UHGV virus genome: UHGV-0093507
Direction: 5' to 3' (one strand)
DNA length: 24,963 nt
Source: a virus
Below are positions 24,914-24,963 of this stretch, one piece after another. A program made the position numbers and the translations under genes. Positions within the stretch are counted from its first letter, which is position 1; each line of letters begins with the position of its first letter. Below the pieces are notes generated by a model that worked only from the letters and a program-made list of their open reading frames with translations, searched no databases and was not told the origin of the DNA.

Positions 24914-24963
24914 TCCACAAAGTGACCACATCCCTGTTATTTGTTGTGGTTGGCTGTGTTTTT
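24910..24963 (+). CDS. 5' fragment of a gene encoding a signal-peptide or lipoprotein-like N-terminus (runs off the window)
   Basis: ATG at 24910 overlaps the previous stop (ATGA); translation gives MIHKVTTSLLFVVVGCV…, hydrophobic with a Cys. Confidence 0.3.
   Translation, partial: MIHKVTTSLLFVVVGCVF

Larger units (their letters stand above)
1..24963. mobile_element. P2-like (Peduovirus-type) integrated prophage: late morphogenesis/lysis operons, terminase-portal, cargo hotspot, early/replication operon, immunity switch and integrase. Both ends run off or are undefined in the window.
   Basis: Conserved P2 gene order H-I-J-W-V-S-R-lysis-X-L-M-N-O on one strand, divergent P-Q, then A, small early genes, cox-like, C and int. 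Recognised from protein motifs and synteny, not from a search. Confidence 0.85.

Noticed and set aside
1-24963. tRNA gene at a prophage boundary, or a CRISPR array
   Set aside because: No T-loop-like GGTTCGAATCC motif or cloverleaf candidate was seen in the intergenic regions. The only tandem repeats are coding (tail fibre) or the two hairpin repeats near A, not a repeat-spacer array.

Overview
The window is almost entirely an integrated P2-like (Peduovirus-type) temperate prophage, with conserved P2 gene order; all calls rest on manual reading of the ORF track and sequence, with no database search. Minus strand 1-10067 carries the late genes: partial tail fibre H, baseplate I/J/W/V, tail completion S/R, a lysis cassette (o-spanin nested in i-spanin, M15-type endolysin, putative holin), X, L, M, N, O. 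Plus strand 10189-12986 carries terminase P and portal Q. The far side (16640-24507) holds the rolling-circle initiator A, a run of small early genes, a Cox-like gene, palindromic operators, repressor C and a tyrosine integrase. Between Q and A (about 12990-16640), where P2 carries tin and old, lies a mosaic cargo island: an unknown 174-aa protein, a Gp49/HigB-like toxin with an XRE-HTH partner, an unannotated 49-aa ORF, and a ParM/ParR actin-type partition pair with candidate centromere repeats. This plasmid-like maintenance cassette in a prophage hotspot is the most unusual content. No rRNA, tRNA or CRISPR array was seen, and the cos site could not be located.
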